Notes: generated from the letters alone by a model not told the origin. Shown: positions 27,107 to 37,842, counted from the stretch's first letter. The stretch is DNA of 64,000 nt from Kofleriaceae bacterium (GCA_035715365.1 DASTLB010000022.1:144242-208241), one strand, 5' to 3'. Translations and numbers: made by a program.

Positions 27107-29531
27107 GCGACGCGGTCGCGGGATGGCGCTTGCCCGCGATGTCGACCTCCCAGGTGCCGCGCTCGATCCAGCCCGGATCGATCGCACCGCCCTGCGGCGC
27201 CTGGATCATCGCGAGCCCGACCGCGCCCCCGAGCGTGTGACCGTACGACGCCGCGCGCACGTAGCCGACCGGCACGCCATCGCGATGCACGATCTCGGCG
27301 TGGAACATCAGCGGCTCCGGATCGCGGACGAGGATCTGCAGCAGCCGCTGGCGCAGTGGTCCCGCCGCCTTCTGCGCGACGACCGCCTCCTTGCCGAGGA
27401 AGCCGCCCGGCTTCTTGAGATCGACGGCGAACCCGAGCCCGGCCTCGAGCACGGTGTCGGTGTTGTCGATGTCGTGGCCGTAATCGCGATAGCCCTTCTC
27501 CATCCGCAGGCTCGCGAGCGACTTGAGCCCCGCGTGCTTGAGCCCGAAGCCCTCGCCGGCGGCGACGAGCCGATCGTAGACGTGTGCGGTCTGCTCCGCC
27601 GGAATGTAGAGCTCGTATCCCAGCTCGCCGAGATACGTGATCCGGATACACAGCACGCGCGCGAAGCCAATATCGATCATCCGCGCGGCACGAAACGGCA
27701 TTGCCTCGTTCGACAGATCGGCAGTCGTGATCGATTGCAGCAGCGCACGCGAGCGTGGACCCTGGATGTTGATCTGCCCGTGCGCCCCGGTGACGTCGGT
27801 GACGAACGCGTGCGCGGCCGCGTCCTCGAAGTGCCGCCGCATCCAGGTCTCGACGTGGCGATGCACGGTGTCCGACGCGACGACCCAGTACTGCTCGTCG
27901 TCGAGCTTCGTAACCGTGAGATCCGCTTGCAGCTTGCCCGCGGCGTCGAGCCACTGCGTGTACGTGATCGTGCCGGCGTCTCCGTCGACGTTGTTCGCCG
28001 AGATGAAGTTGAGCAGGCGGCCCGCATCGCGTCCCTGGACGAGGAACTTCGACATGAACGACATGTCCATCAGGATCACACCCTCGCGACACGCGCGATG
28101 CTCGGCCTCCCAGGACGGAAACCAGCTCTCGCGGCCCCACGACAGCCGCTCGACCTTCGGCTCGACACCGGGCGGCGCGTACCAGTCGGCGCCTTCCCAG
28201 CCACTGACGTCGCGGAAGTACGCGCCTCTCGCGACGAGCCGATCGTGGAGCGGCGACAGCTTCGCACCGCGCGCGGTCTGCATCGTGTGGTTCGGGTAAT
28301 GGCACTTGTACACCATGCCGAGTGACTCGACGGTTCGCGTCCGCCGGTACTCCGGTGTCGATTGATACGGATGCAGTCGATCGATGTGCATCGCGGTGAC
28401 ATCGACATCGGGACTGCCGTTCAAGATCCAGTGCGCGAGCACGCGGCCCATGCCGCCGCCGGTCAGGATCCCGATCGAGTTGAGGCCGGCGGCGACGAAG
28501 TAGTTCCGCAGCTCGGGCGACTCGCCGACGATCGGCCGGAGGTCGGGCGTGAAGCTCTCCGGACCGCAGAAGAACTTGCGAACCCCGACGGACATCGCGA
28601 TCGGGACGCGCTGCATCGCGGTCTCGACATACGGCCCCATGCGATCCCAGTCCGGCTGGATCTCGCCGAACGAGAAGTCGTCCGGGATGCCACGCACGTT
28701 CCACGGCGCGCACACCGGCTCGAACAGCCCGATCATCAGGCCGCCAACCTCCTCGCGAAAGTACACGTACGATGCCGGATCCTCGAGCACCGGCCAGTCC
28801 TTCGACAGCTCGGGAATCCGCTCGGTGATCAAGTAATAGTGTTCCGCGGCCTGATTGGGAATCGACACGCCCGCGAGCGCGCCGAGCTGCCGCGCCCACA
28901 TGCCTGCGCAGTTGACGACGTACTCGGCCTCGATGTCGCCGTACGCGGTGCGGACGCCCGTCACGCGGCCGCGCTTCGATAGAAATCCGATCACCGGCAC
29001 GCCTTCGATCAGGTTCGCGCCCTGCATCCGCGCGCCCTTCGCGAGCGCCATCGTGACGCCGACCGGATCGGCGCGGCCGTCCTCCTTGACGTAGAACCCG
29101 GCGAGCAGGTCGTCGGTCTTCGCGAGCGGGAACAGCTCGCGCACCTGCGCCGGCGAGATCTCGTGGACGTCGATCCCGAGGTGGCGATTGAACGCCGACA
29201 CGCGCCGGTACTCCTCGAGGCGATCGCGATCGGCCGCGACCTCGATGAAGCCGGTGCGGCGAAATCCCGTCGATTGCCCGGTCTCCTGCTCGAGCCGCGC
29301 GTAGAGATCGCACGAGTACTTGCGCATCTCCGTCGAGGTCTCCGACGTCGAGCCGAACGTCACCATCAGCCCGGCCGCGTGCCACGTGGTGCCCGACGTC
29401 AGCCGGTCGCGCTCGAGCAGCACGACGTCCTGGCAGCCCATGTGGGCGAGGTGATACGCGACGGAGCATCCGATGATGCCGCCGCCGACGATGACGACGC
29501 GGGCGCGCGACGGTAGCTGGGGCACGGTCAT
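27063..29531 (-). CDS. dimethylglycine/sarcosine dehydrogenase family (FAD oxidoreductase fused to GcvT folate-binding domain)
   Basis: FAD dinucleotide motif VVIVGGGIIGCSVAYHLA; C-terminal aminomethyltransferase-like domain; start at MTVPQL. Confidence 0.75.
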   Translation of the reverse strand: MTVPQLPSRARVVIVGGGIIGCSVAYHLAHMGCQDVVLLERDRLTSGTTWHAAGLMVTFGSTSETSTEMRKYSCDLYARLEQETGQSTGFRRTGFIEVAADRDRLEEYRRVSAFNRHLGIDVHEISPAQVRELFPLAKTDDLLAGFYVKEDGRADPVGVTMALAKGARMQGANLIEGVPVIGFLSKRGRVTGVRTAYGDIEAEYVVNCAGMWARQLGALAGVSIPNQAAEHYYLITERIPELSKDWPVLEDPASYVYFREEVGGLMIGLFEPVCAPWNVRGIPDDFSFGEIQPDWDRMGPYVETAMQRVPIAMSVGVRKFFCGPESFTPDLRPIVGESPELRNYFVAAGLNSIGILTGGGMGRVLAHWILNGSPDVDVTAMHIDRLHPYQSTPEYRRTRTVESLGMVYKCHYPNHTMQTARGAKLSPLHDRLVARGAYFRDVSGWEGADWYAPPGVEPKVERLSWGRESWFPSWEAEHRACREGVILMDMSFMSKFLVQGRDAGRLLNFISANNVDGDAGTITYTQWLDAAGKLQADLTVTKLDDEQYWVVASDTVHRHVETWMRRHFEDAAAHAFVTDVTGAHGQINIQGPRSRALLQSITTADLSNEAMPFRAARMIDIGFARVLCIRITYLGELGYELYIPAEQTAHVYDRLVAAGEGFGLKHAGLKSLASLRMEKGYRDYGHDIDNTDTVLEAGLGFAVDLKKPGGFLGKEAVVAQKAAGPLRQRLLQILVRDPEPLMFHAEIVHRDGVPVGYVRAASYGHTLGGAVGLAMIQAPQGGAIDPGWIERGTWEVDIAGKRHPATASLKPLYDPENKKIRA

Positions 29532-29627
29532 GAGCGGCGCAGCGTACCGCAGCCCGCCGGCTGGCCGAAAATGACAAAGCTCGTCGTGGCCCCCCGCCAC
29601 GACGAGCTTCGGTGTTAGCTCGGAAAT

Positions 29628-30452
29628 TTAGGGATACAGGCTCGACGCGCCGGTCTTGTCGAGGTTCGTCAGCACGAGGTCACCCTTCTGGGTGCCGTTG
29701 CACTGCGGGTAGTGCATCACCGACGACGAATCGTACGCCGTCAGCGCGCGCCAGCTGTTGTCCTCGAAGCACGTGCCCGACTCCGGCCGCGTGTGCTCGT
29801 GGCGGAAGCCGATCGTGTGGCCGAGCTCGTGACGCAGCACGCCGGTCAGCGTCCACGGGCTGATGTTGCCGAACGACGACGTCGAGACGAGGACCTCGCG
29901 GCTGCGCCGGCTCGAGCTCGGGAAGAACGCGCGCGCGAGGTACTGCGTCGTGCCGACCTCGCGAACGTCGAACACGACGTTGCTGTTGCGCGCGTTGCAG
30001 TTGTTGTCCTGCGACGCGTCGTGGATGAAGTTGACGCGCGCGGTCGCTTCCCACGCGCCGGTCGCCGAGTCCATCGCCGAGACGACCGCGCTGTAGCGGC
30101 TGCCGAAGCTCTTCGCGTCGACGCAGTACGTGAGGTTCTGCGCCTGGCTCGCCGACCACTTGTCATCCTGGTTGTTGACGCGGTTGACGATCAGGCCCTG
30201 CTCGATCGTCGTCACCCCCTCGGCACGATCCTGCGCGTCGGCGACCGACTGTAGATAGGAGTCGTAAAGCGAATGCATGGCATCTTCGCTGTCGACGAGC
30301 TCGTCACCGTTCAGGATGTAGTTGCCGGTATCGGCCTCCTGATACGCCTGCGCCTTGAACTCGTCGTAGGTCAGGACGCCGTCGTCCGAACCGCAGCCAG
30401 CCACGAACCCAAGAGCGAGGATGAAACCCGTCGAGAACCGCTTTGCGCTCAC
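29628..30452 (-). CDS. astacin-like (M12A) zinc metalloprotease lipoprotein
   Basis: Lipobox LGFVAGC; HELGHTIGFRHEHTRPE (HExxHxxGxxHE) plus Met-turn SVMHY. Confidence 0.7.
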   Translation of the reverse strand: MSAKRFSTGFILALGFVAGCGSDDGVLTYDEFKAQAYQEADTGNYILNGDELVDSEDAMHSLYDSYLQSVADAQDRAEGVTTIEQGLIVNRVNNQDDKWSASQAQNLTYCVDAKSFGSRYSAVVSAMDSATGAWEATARVNFIHDASQDNNCNARNSNVVFDVREVGTTQYLARAFFPSSSRRSREVLVSTSSFGNISPWTLTGVLRHELGHTIGFRHEHTRPESGTCFEDNSWRALTAYDSSSVMHYPQCNGTQKGDLVLTNLDKTGASSLYP

Positions 30453-30806
30453 TGAAACCTCCAGGTGACTACGTAGGAAGGGGTGTGGAACGCGGCGTAC
30501 GTTAGCGGCGGCTCATGTGTAGGCTTCAAGGGTGTTGGGGTACGAGTGACTCCTACTCAAATCTCTCGTCTTGGCGCGTCAAGCTGGTGCGATCTTTCGA
30601 GAACGACACCACCCGACACGCGCTGACACCCGAAACTTTTTTCGTGCGCTGCCGCACGTTCTGTAGGTGTCGTGATCTGAAGCAGGGTTGCTTCGTCTCG
30701 GATCGCCGGCTGCGCCAGATCGCAACAGCGCTTCGCAACGCGGTGCCGATCTCCGCGCATCTCCGTAGAGCACGCCGTGGAGTGCCGCGTGCAGAAGAGA
30801 GGGTGG

Positions 30807-33212
30807 ATGGACGATCGCAACAGCAAGCGCGACCTCGTGCTCGCGCCGAGCGAGTACGCGTACATGCAGGACGTCACGAAGGGGATCGTGAAGACGTACA
30901 CCGGCCCGACGGTGATCAACCCGACCGCACAGGAGCGGCCGGTCGTGTTCGATCCGCGGTCGAAGCAATTCTCCGCGTGCACGCTCGAGCAAGCGGTGCA
31001 GCAGATCGCGATCGCCCCCGAGGGCTACTACGTGATCCTGAAGAATCCGTCGCAGAAGAACGATCATCCGCCTTCGGGCGGCGTGTATCCGAGTCCGGAT
31101 CTCGAGATCGGACGCAAGATCAACATCACCGGTCCGTGCGCGTTCGCGCTGTGGCCCGGTCAGATGGTCAAGCTCGTCCAGGGTCATCACCTGCGCTCGA
31201 ACCAGTACCTGCTCGTCCGCGTCTACAACGAGGACGAGGCGCGCCGAAACTGGGGACAGGCGGTGATCAAGCCGGCGATCACCGACGGTCCGGCGCAGCC
31301 GATCAGCGTTCCGTCGGAGCTCACCGTCGGCAAGCTGCTCGTGATCCGCGGCACCGACGTCTCGTTCTACATCCCGCCGACCGGGCTCGGCGTCGTGCCC
31401 GAGGCGAGCGGTTCGTACGTGCGCGACGCGCTGACGCTCGAGCGCCTCGAGTACTGCATCCTCGTCGACGAGAACGGCAAGAAGCGCTACGAGCGCGGCC
31501 CGCAGGTCGTGTTCCCCGAGCCGACCGAGACGTTCATCACCCGCGACGGCCAGCGCAAGTTCCGTGCGATCGAGCTGTCCGAGATCCAGGGCCTGCACAT
31601 CAAGGTGATCGCGCCGTACACCGAGGACGGCCGCAACTATCGCGAGGGCGACGAGCTGTTCATCACCGGCGCGCAGACCGCGATCTACTTCCCGCGCGAG
31701 GAGCACTCGATCATCCGCTACGACGGGCGCGAGAAGCACTTCGCGGTCGCGGTGCCCGCGGGCGAGGCGCGCTACGTCATGCAGCGCAAGACCGGCGAGA
31801 TCCGCATGGTGCGCGGGCCGGCGATGCTGCTCCCCGATCCGGTGCAGGACGTGATCGTCCGCCGCGTGCTCACCGATCGCGAGTGCCTGACGTGGTACCC
31901 CGGCAACGCCGCGGTGCTCGCGTACAACCGCCAGCTGCGCCAGCTCGACGAGGGCGCGCCGGAGCCCGAGACCGCGAAGCCGGCACGCGCCGCGCGCCCG
32001 CAGCCCGCGCCCGACGAGCGGTTCGCGAAGCCGCGCACGCTCGTGTTCAACACGCGCTACGAGGGCGTGCCGTCGATCGCGGTGTGGGTCGGCTACGCGG
32101 TGCTCGTCGTCGACAAGCGCGGCAACCGGCGCGTCGAGCAGGGCCCGCAGAACCTGCTGCTCGCGTACGACGAGACGCTCGAGGTGCTGCAGCTGTCGAC
32201 CGGCACGCCGAAGACCGACGACACGCTGATCGAGACCGTGTTCCTGCGCGTGCTGAACAACAAGGTCAGCGATGCGTGCATCGTCGAGACCGCCGACCAC
32301 GCGCGGATCACGGTGCGCTACTCGCTGCGGGTCAGCTTCGACGGCGAGCCGGCGCGGTGGTTCGAGGTCGAGAACTACGTCAAGTTCCTGTGCGACCACG
32401 TGCGCTCGGTGCTGAAGGGCAGCGTCAAGAAGCACTCGATCGAGGCGTTCCACGCGCGCTCGGTCGAGATCATCCGCGACACGCTGCTCGGCACGCCGGA
32501 TCCCGCGACGTCGAAGCGGCCGGGGATGCGGTTCGCCGAGAACGGGATGCACGTGACCGATGTCGAGGTGCTCGACGTGACGATCGATGACGAGGCGATC
32601 GCATCGCTGCTCGCCGAGGCGCAGCACGAGGCGGTCGAGTCGAACATCACCGTGCTGCGGGCGCGGCGCGGGCTCGAGCTGACCGAGCAGCGCGAGTCGA
32701 TCGCGCGTGCCGAGGCCGCGGCGCGTGCTGCGACCGCGCACGAGCTCGCCGAGCTCGAGGTCGCCGCGACCGCGGACCGGCTACGCGTCGCGCTCGCGGC
32801 CGTCCGCGCCGAGCTCGAGCAGGCCGAGGCGCAGCGCGCCGCCACGGTCGCGCGCAACGCGATCGCGGACACCGAGCACGCCGCGTCGCTCGCCCGCCAG
32901 CGCGCCGCCGCGACGCTCGATACCGAGACCCGCGCCGCGCACCAGGCGCTCGTGCTGCAGGCACTGCAGGCCGAGGTCGAGGCTGCGGTCGCGCGGTTCG
33001 GCGCCGCGCAGGGCGGCTTCAGCGAGGCGCTGCTCGCGCTGTCGAACCAGGAGACGCTCGCGAAGATCGCCGAGGCGATGTCGGTGCAGTCGTTCGTCGG
33101 TGGCAAGACGTTGACCGACGTGATCGACAAGGTGTTCGCCGGCACGCCGCTCGCCGGGCTACTCGATCGCGTGAAGACGCGCGCGACGAACGGCCACGCG
33201 CTGACGCCGTGA
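30807..33212 (+). CDS. Major Vault Protein (MVP) homologue
   Basis: N-terminus aligns to eukaryotic MVP repeat 1; conserved ETADHAR motif; repeated about 55-aa MVP-repeat pattern; shoulder-like domain; Ala/Glu/Leu-rich cap-helix C-terminus. Confidence 0.7.
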   Translation: MDDRNSKRDLVLAPSEYAYMQDVTKGIVKTYTGPTVINPTAQERPVVFDPRSKQFSACTLEQAVQQIAIAPEGYYVILKNPSQKNDHPPSGGVYPSPDLEIGRKINITGPCAFALWPGQMVKLVQGHHLRSNQYLLVRVYNEDEARRNWGQAVIKPAITDGPAQPISVPSELTVGKLLVIRGTDVSFYIPPTGLGVVPEASGSYVRDALTLERLEYCILVDENGKKRYERGPQVVFPEPTETFITRDGQRKFRAIELSEIQGLHIKVIAPYTEDGRNYREGDELFITGAQTAIYFPREEHSIIRYDGREKHFAVAVPAGEARYVMQRKTGEIRMVRGPAMLLPDPVQDVIVRRVLTDRECLTWYPGNAAVLAYNRQLRQLDEGAPEPETAKPARAARPQPAPDERFAKPRTLVFNTRYEGVPSIAVWVGYAVLVVDKRGNRRVEQGPQNLLLAYDETLEVLQLSTGTPKTDDTLIETVFLRVLNNKVSDACIVETADHARITVRYSLRVSFDGEPARWFEVENYVKFLCDHVRSVLKGSVKKHSIEAFHARSVEIIRDTLLGTPDPATSKRPGMRFAENGMHVTDVEVLDVTIDDEAIASLLAEAQHEAVESNITVLRARRGLELTEQRESIARAEAAARAATAHELAELEVAATADRLRVALAAVRAELEQAEAQRAATVARNAIADTEHAASLARQRAAATLDTETRAAHQALVLQALQAEVEAAVARFGAAQGGFSEALLALSNQETLAKIAEAMSVQSFVGGKTLTDVIDKVFAGTPLAGLLDRVKTRATNGHALTP

Positions 33213-33215
33213 CGA

Positions 33216-35060
33216 TCAGCGACCGACGAGCTTCGCGATGCTGTCGCGCACGATCGGGTGATACAGCGGCTTCGCGCGCTCGAACGTCTTCTTCGCGAGC
33301 GTTCGCCACGGCTCGCCCTTGTCGACCATCGCCTCGTAGAGCGGCGTGATCATGCGGCGGCGGCCGACGTGTGCGAGGTAGCGCTCGACCGTCGGCGCCG
33401 CATCCCGCGCATCGGCGCGCACGAGCAGTGGTAGCCAGTACATCGCGATCTCGGCGTTCGGCGACGCGGTCAGGTGGTGGCGCTCGTCGAGCGTGCGCAG
33501 CCGCGCCGGCGCGATGTCGGCCGGCAGCGAGCGCAGGAAGATCACCCACTCGAGCGTCTGCCAGCCGTCGGTCGAGAACGTGCTGGCGTTCTTCGCGAAG
33601 TCGGTCGCGATCGCCTCGAGCTCGGCGACGCGGCGCGACGTCGTGGCCGGCGTCGATGGCGGCAGGCCGGGCTCGTGGATCCACGCGGCGAGCGCGCGCT
33701 CGGACCACTTGCCCGGGAGCCGCGCCATCAGATCGCTGCGCAGATCGGTCTCGAACGCAGCGGTGTCGGTCGACTGGAACGCGCGGCGATCGAACCGCCG
33801 GCGCAAGAACGCGTCGAACGCGGTGCGGCCGAACGCCTGCTCGAGCGTGCGCAGCAGCAGCGCGCCCTTCTCGTACGCGGCATCGCTCGGGACATCGTCC
33901 GGATCGCGGTCGGCGGTGAGCTCGAGCGCGAGCCGGGTATCGCGATCGGCTCCGGACTTCGCGAACGCCTGCTCGAGATCCTTGCGCCCGAGGTACCACA
34001 GGATGTCGGCGGCCTCGCGGCCACGCAGCGCCTCCATGATCCGGCGCTCGACGTACGTCGTGAAGCCTTCGTTGAGCCAGAAGTCGCTCCACGTCGAGTT
34101 CGTGACGAGGTTGCCCGACCACGAGTGCGCGAGCTCGTGCGCGATCAGCGACACCAGCGTGCGATCGCCGGTGATCACGGTCGGCGTCAGGAACGTCAGC
34201 CGCGGGTTCTCCATCCCGCCGTACGGAAAGCTCGGCGGCAGCACGAGCAGGTCGTAGCGGTCCCAGCGATACGGGCCGTACAGCTGCTCGGCGGTCTTCA
34301 TCATCGCCTCGACCTCGACGAACTCGTTCGCCGCCGCGTCGAGCATCGCCGGCTCGGCGTAGACGCCGGTGCGCGGACCGAGCGCGCGAAACCCGAGCTC
34401 GCCGACCGCGAGCGCCATCAGGTACGACGGGATCGGCTGCGCCATGTGAAACCGCCAGACGTGATCCGCCGGCGGGCTCTGCGGGTTCGTCGCGGACATC
34501 ACCGCCCACAGGCCGTCGGGGATGTGGATCGTCGCGTCGTAGGTGAACCGCACGCCGGGCGTGTCCTGCAGCGGGATCCAGCTGCGCGCGCGGATCGCCT
34601 GCGACTGCGTGAACAGCATCGGGTGCTTCTTGCCGACCGTGCCGGCCGGCTCGACCCACAGCAGCGCGCTCGCATCCGGCCCGGTGCGGTACGCGATCTC
34701 GACGCACGCCGTCGCCGGTGCGAGCGCGATCGACAGCGCCTGACCGAGCACCGGCTTCTTCGGCGCGTGCTGGAACACGAGCGCCGCGTGGGTGGCGCAG
34801 TCGCGGACGCTCGCGATCGCGAGGCCGTCGACGTCGAGCACGAGGTTCGCGCTGCGATCGTGACGCGCGAGCGCGAGCTGGGCGGTCCCGTGCAGCACGC
34901 GCTGGTCGAAGTCGACGGTCAGATCGAGCCCGACGTGACGGACCGAGACCCGCGAGGGCTCGGAGAACGAGTGCGGGTCGCGCTTGATCGGCTCGGGCGC
35001 CGGGTGCTTGCTGCCGCGACACGCGACGAGCACGAAGACCAGCAGCACGGCGCGGCGCAT
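33216..35060 (-). CDS. M1-family aminopeptidase (LTA4 hydrolase-like) lipoprotein
   Basis: GGMENP (GAMEN) motif; HELAHSW...WLNEGFTTY (HExxH-X18-E); lipobox LVAC. Confidence 0.8.
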   Translation of the reverse strand: MRRAVLLVFVLVACRGSKHPAPEPIKRDPHSFSEPSRVSVRHVGLDLTVDFDQRVLHGTAQLALARHDRSANLVLDVDGLAIASVRDCATHAALVFQHAPKKPVLGQALSIALAPATACVEIAYRTGPDASALLWVEPAGTVGKKHPMLFTQSQAIRARSWIPLQDTPGVRFTYDATIHIPDGLWAVMSATNPQSPPADHVWRFHMAQPIPSYLMALAVGELGFRALGPRTGVYAEPAMLDAAANEFVEVEAMMKTAEQLYGPYRWDRYDLLVLPPSFPYGGMENPRLTFLTPTVITGDRTLVSLIAHELAHSWSGNLVTNSTWSDFWLNEGFTTYVERRIMEALRGREAADILWYLGRKDLEQAFAKSGADRDTRLALELTADRDPDDVPSDAAYEKGALLLRTLEQAFGRTAFDAFLRRRFDRRAFQSTDTAAFETDLRSDLMARLPGKWSERALAAWIHEPGLPPSTPATTSRRVAELEAIATDFAKNASTFSTDGWQTLEWVIFLRSLPADIAPARLRTLDERHHLTASPNAEIAMYWLPLLVRADARDAAPTVERYLAHVGRRRMITPLYEAMVDKGEPWRTLAKKTFERAKPLYHPIVRDSIAKLVGR

Positions 35061-35139
35061 GAGCCCGGAGGGTAGCGCGATCTTCGGCGCGTCCGGCCGC
35101 TTGTCACCCGCCGCGTTCCGTGGAACGAACGTCACAACG

Positions 35140-35397
35140 ATGAGCGATCACCCCACGGACTTCGTCGGATCGGTCGAAGACGCGATCTCGTCCTCGGTCA
35201 AAGCCAAGATCCCGGACGCGGTGGTCCAGGTCTCGGGTGGCGGCGGCCACTATCGGATCGATGTGGTCTCCACCGCATTTGCGGGCAAGAGCATGCTGGA
35301 GAATCAGCGGCTCGTGCTGTCCGCGATCAAGCACCTGATCAACGGCGAACGGCCTCCGGTCCACGCCGTCGATTCGTTGACGACGCGGACGCCCTGA
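35140..35397 (+). CDS. bolA: BolA family protein
   Basis: VSGGGGHYRIDVVSTAFAGKSMLENQRLV. Confidence 0.7.
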   Translation: MSDHPTDFVGSVEDAISSSVKAKIPDAVVQVSGGGGHYRIDVVSTAFAGKSMLENQRLVLSAIKHLINGERPPVHAVDSLTTRTP

Positions 35398-35420
35398 GGC
35401 CGCGCGCGACGGGCAACCGA

Positions 35421-35473
35421 CGGTGATCGCGGGTGATCGATCGAGAGACCCGATCGATCGCCGACGATCACCG
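35421..35473. terminator. imperfect GC-rich hairpin between convergent genes (possible bidirectional terminator)
   Basis: Arms cggtgatcgcgggtgatcgatcg / cgatcgatcgccgacgatcaccg, 7-nt loop; no U-tract. Confidence 0.3.
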
Positions 35474-35484
35474 ACGGGTGACGA

Positions 35485-35763
35485 CTAATCCTTGTCGCCG
35501 TCGGAGTCGCCTTCACCCGCTGCGGGCGAAGCGCCTCCCTTGCCTTCGTTCTTGATGGCGGTCACCTCGTTGCGGATCATCTGCGCGAACGCCTTGAGCT
35601 CCTGCATGGCGTTGCGGACGCGCGTACCCGCGGCCTTGTTACCGCCGTTGTAGAATTTCTCGAAGTCGGCCGCCATGCCCGCGACGAGAGCCTGGAGCTC
35701 GGCAAAACGGGCCACCTGGGCACGCGTTGCAGGCGAGGTCTCGGATTCGTTCTGGTCGGTCAT
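35485..35763 (-). CDS. small basic protein, possibly histone H1-like nucleoid-associated protein
   Basis: Start MTDQNESE preceded by GGAG at -12; helical KAAGTRVRNAMQELKAFAQMIRNEV segment resembling bacterial H1-like N-domains; Gly/Asp/Lys tail. Confidence 0.4.
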   Translation of the reverse strand: MTDQNESETSPATRAQVARFAELQALVAGMAADFEKFYNGGNKAAGTRVRNAMQELKAFAQMIRNEVTAIKNEGKGGASPAAGEGDSDGDKD

Positions 35764-35891
35764 TTGGTTGGTCTCCATGGGAGGCGAAACATGCCCCACG
35801 ACTCTGACATCTGCACGCGGTGCATGCTTAACATCGAGACATAACGAAGATCGACATTCCGGACACATGCTTGCGATAAGTTCCGCAATCC

Positions 35892-37842
35892 ATGTCGTCT
35901 GGGACCGAGCCGCCCGCACCGCAAGCTCGTGATGATCGCCGGTTACGACTGCAGGTCGATCCCGCCGACGCGGCCTCGATCGATCCGGAAGAAACCTGGC
36001 TCCGCGAGGTCTATCAACCCAACGAGGCGAACCTCACGGTGCGCGCCGTGCTCGCGGGGATCGGGATCGGCGCGGTCATGTGCCTGTCGAACCTCTACGT
36101 CTTCTTCAAGACCGGGTGGAGCCTTGGCGTCACGCTGACCGCGTGCATCCTCGCGTTCGCGCTGTTCCGCGGGCTGCAAGGCGTCGGCCTCGTCAAGCGC
36201 CCGCTCGGCGCGCTCGAGAACAACGCACTGACGACCGTCGCATCGGGCGCCGGGTACATGACCGCGGGCGGCAACATGGCAGCGTACGGCGCGCTGCTGA
36301 TGGTGCTGACGCCACCGCTCTTGATCCCCGAGCTGTGGGACGGCCTGGAGTCGACGTTCCTGCTGTCGCGCGGCGCCAAGCCGTCGCCCGCGATCTGGCA
36401 GATGATGATGTGGTTCGCCGTGATCGCGGCGATGGGCGTGTTCGTCGCGATCCCGATCAAGCGTCAGCTGATCAACAAGGAGGGCCTCGCGTTCCCGACC
36501 GGCACCGCGACCGCAGCCACGATCCGCTCGCTGCACGACGCCGGGGGCGAAGGCGGCGGCGGCAAGCTCGCGGCGCTCGGCATCGGGTTCGCCGTGGGCG
36601 GCCTGATCAAGGCACTCGTCAGCATCTTCAAGCTGCTGCCGGATCACGTCGCGCTGCCGCTCCACATCGGCGGCTACCAGCTGATGAGCTGGTCGATCTA
36701 TCTCAAGACCGAGGTCGTGCTGATCGGTGCCGGCGCGCTGATGAGCTTTCGCACCGGCTGGTCGCTGCTGCTCGGCGGGCTGCTGACGTACGGCGTGCTC
36801 GCGCCGTGGCTGCACGCGAACGGCTACATCCCGGAGATCTTCGCCGACAAGGACAGCTACAAGCTGATCGTCCAGTGGACGCTGTGGCCGGGCGCCGCGA
36901 TCCTCGTCAGCGCGGGCCTCGTGTCGTTCGCGCTCGACTACAAGGCACTCGCGCTCGTTCTCCGGGCTGACGCGCGTGTTCGGCAAGCGCGCGCCCGTCG
37001 CCGAGCACGGCATCGCCGCGGTCGAGGCACCGGGCTGGTGGTTCCCGGCCGGGTTTCTCGTGCTCGCGCCGATCGTCATCGTCTTCATGGCGTGGTTGTT
37101 CTCGATCCCGGCGTGGGCCGGCGTCATCGCGGTCGTGCTCGCGGTCCTGATGGGCTTTGTCGCGTCGCGCGTCACCGGCGAGACCGACATCACGCCGACG
37201 AAGGCGCTCGGCCCGGTCACCCAGATGACGTTCGGCGTGATGACGCCCGGCAACCTGACCGGCAACATCATGTCGGCGAACGTCACCGGCGGCATCGGCC
37301 TGCACGCCGCGGATCTGCTGACGACGCTGAAGACCGGCTGGCTGCTCGGCGCGAAGCCGCGGCACCAGCTCTACGCGCAGCTGTTCGGCGTGATCGCGGG
37401 CGCGGTGTTCATCGTGCCGGCGTTCCGGATCCTGATCCCCGATCCGGCCGTGCTCGGTGACACCGAGTGGCCGGCGCCGTCGTGCCTCGTCTGGGAGGGC
37501 GTGTCGCGCGCGTTCGCGAACGGCCTCGGCTCGCTCGACGACTCGGTCAAGGTCGCGATGGCGATCGGCGTCGTGCTCGGCTCGGTGCTCGCGGTCGTCG
37601 AGAAGTACGCGCCGAAGCGGATCAAGCCGTACGTGCCCTCGGCGAACGGCCTCGGCATCGCGATGGTCGTGCCGGCGGCGAACTGCGTCGCGATGTTCCT
37701 CGGCGCGCTCGTCGCCGAGCTGCTGCGCCGCCGCAAGCAGGACGGCCTCGTCATCCCGGTCGCGTCGGGCCTGATCGCCGGCGAGAGCATCCTCGGGATC
37801 GTGTACGCGCTGCTCGTGGTCGGCGGCGTGATCGCGAAGTAG
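35892..37842 (+). pseudogene. OPT-family oligopeptide transporter, apparently frameshifted (or sequencing-error indel)
   Basis: N-terminal about 355 aa in frame 0 (35892 to about 36965); C-terminal about 288 aa in frame +1 (36976..37842); both TM-rich OPT-like; no stop between them in the second frame. Confidence 0.6.

Noticed and set aside
30455-30806. Sigma-54-like TGGCGCG...GCTG sequence and a T-tract plus hairpin upstream of MVP
   Set aside because: It does not match the TGGCAC-N5-TTGC spacing. The hairpin follows rather than precedes the T-tract, so neither a promoter nor a terminator can be supported.
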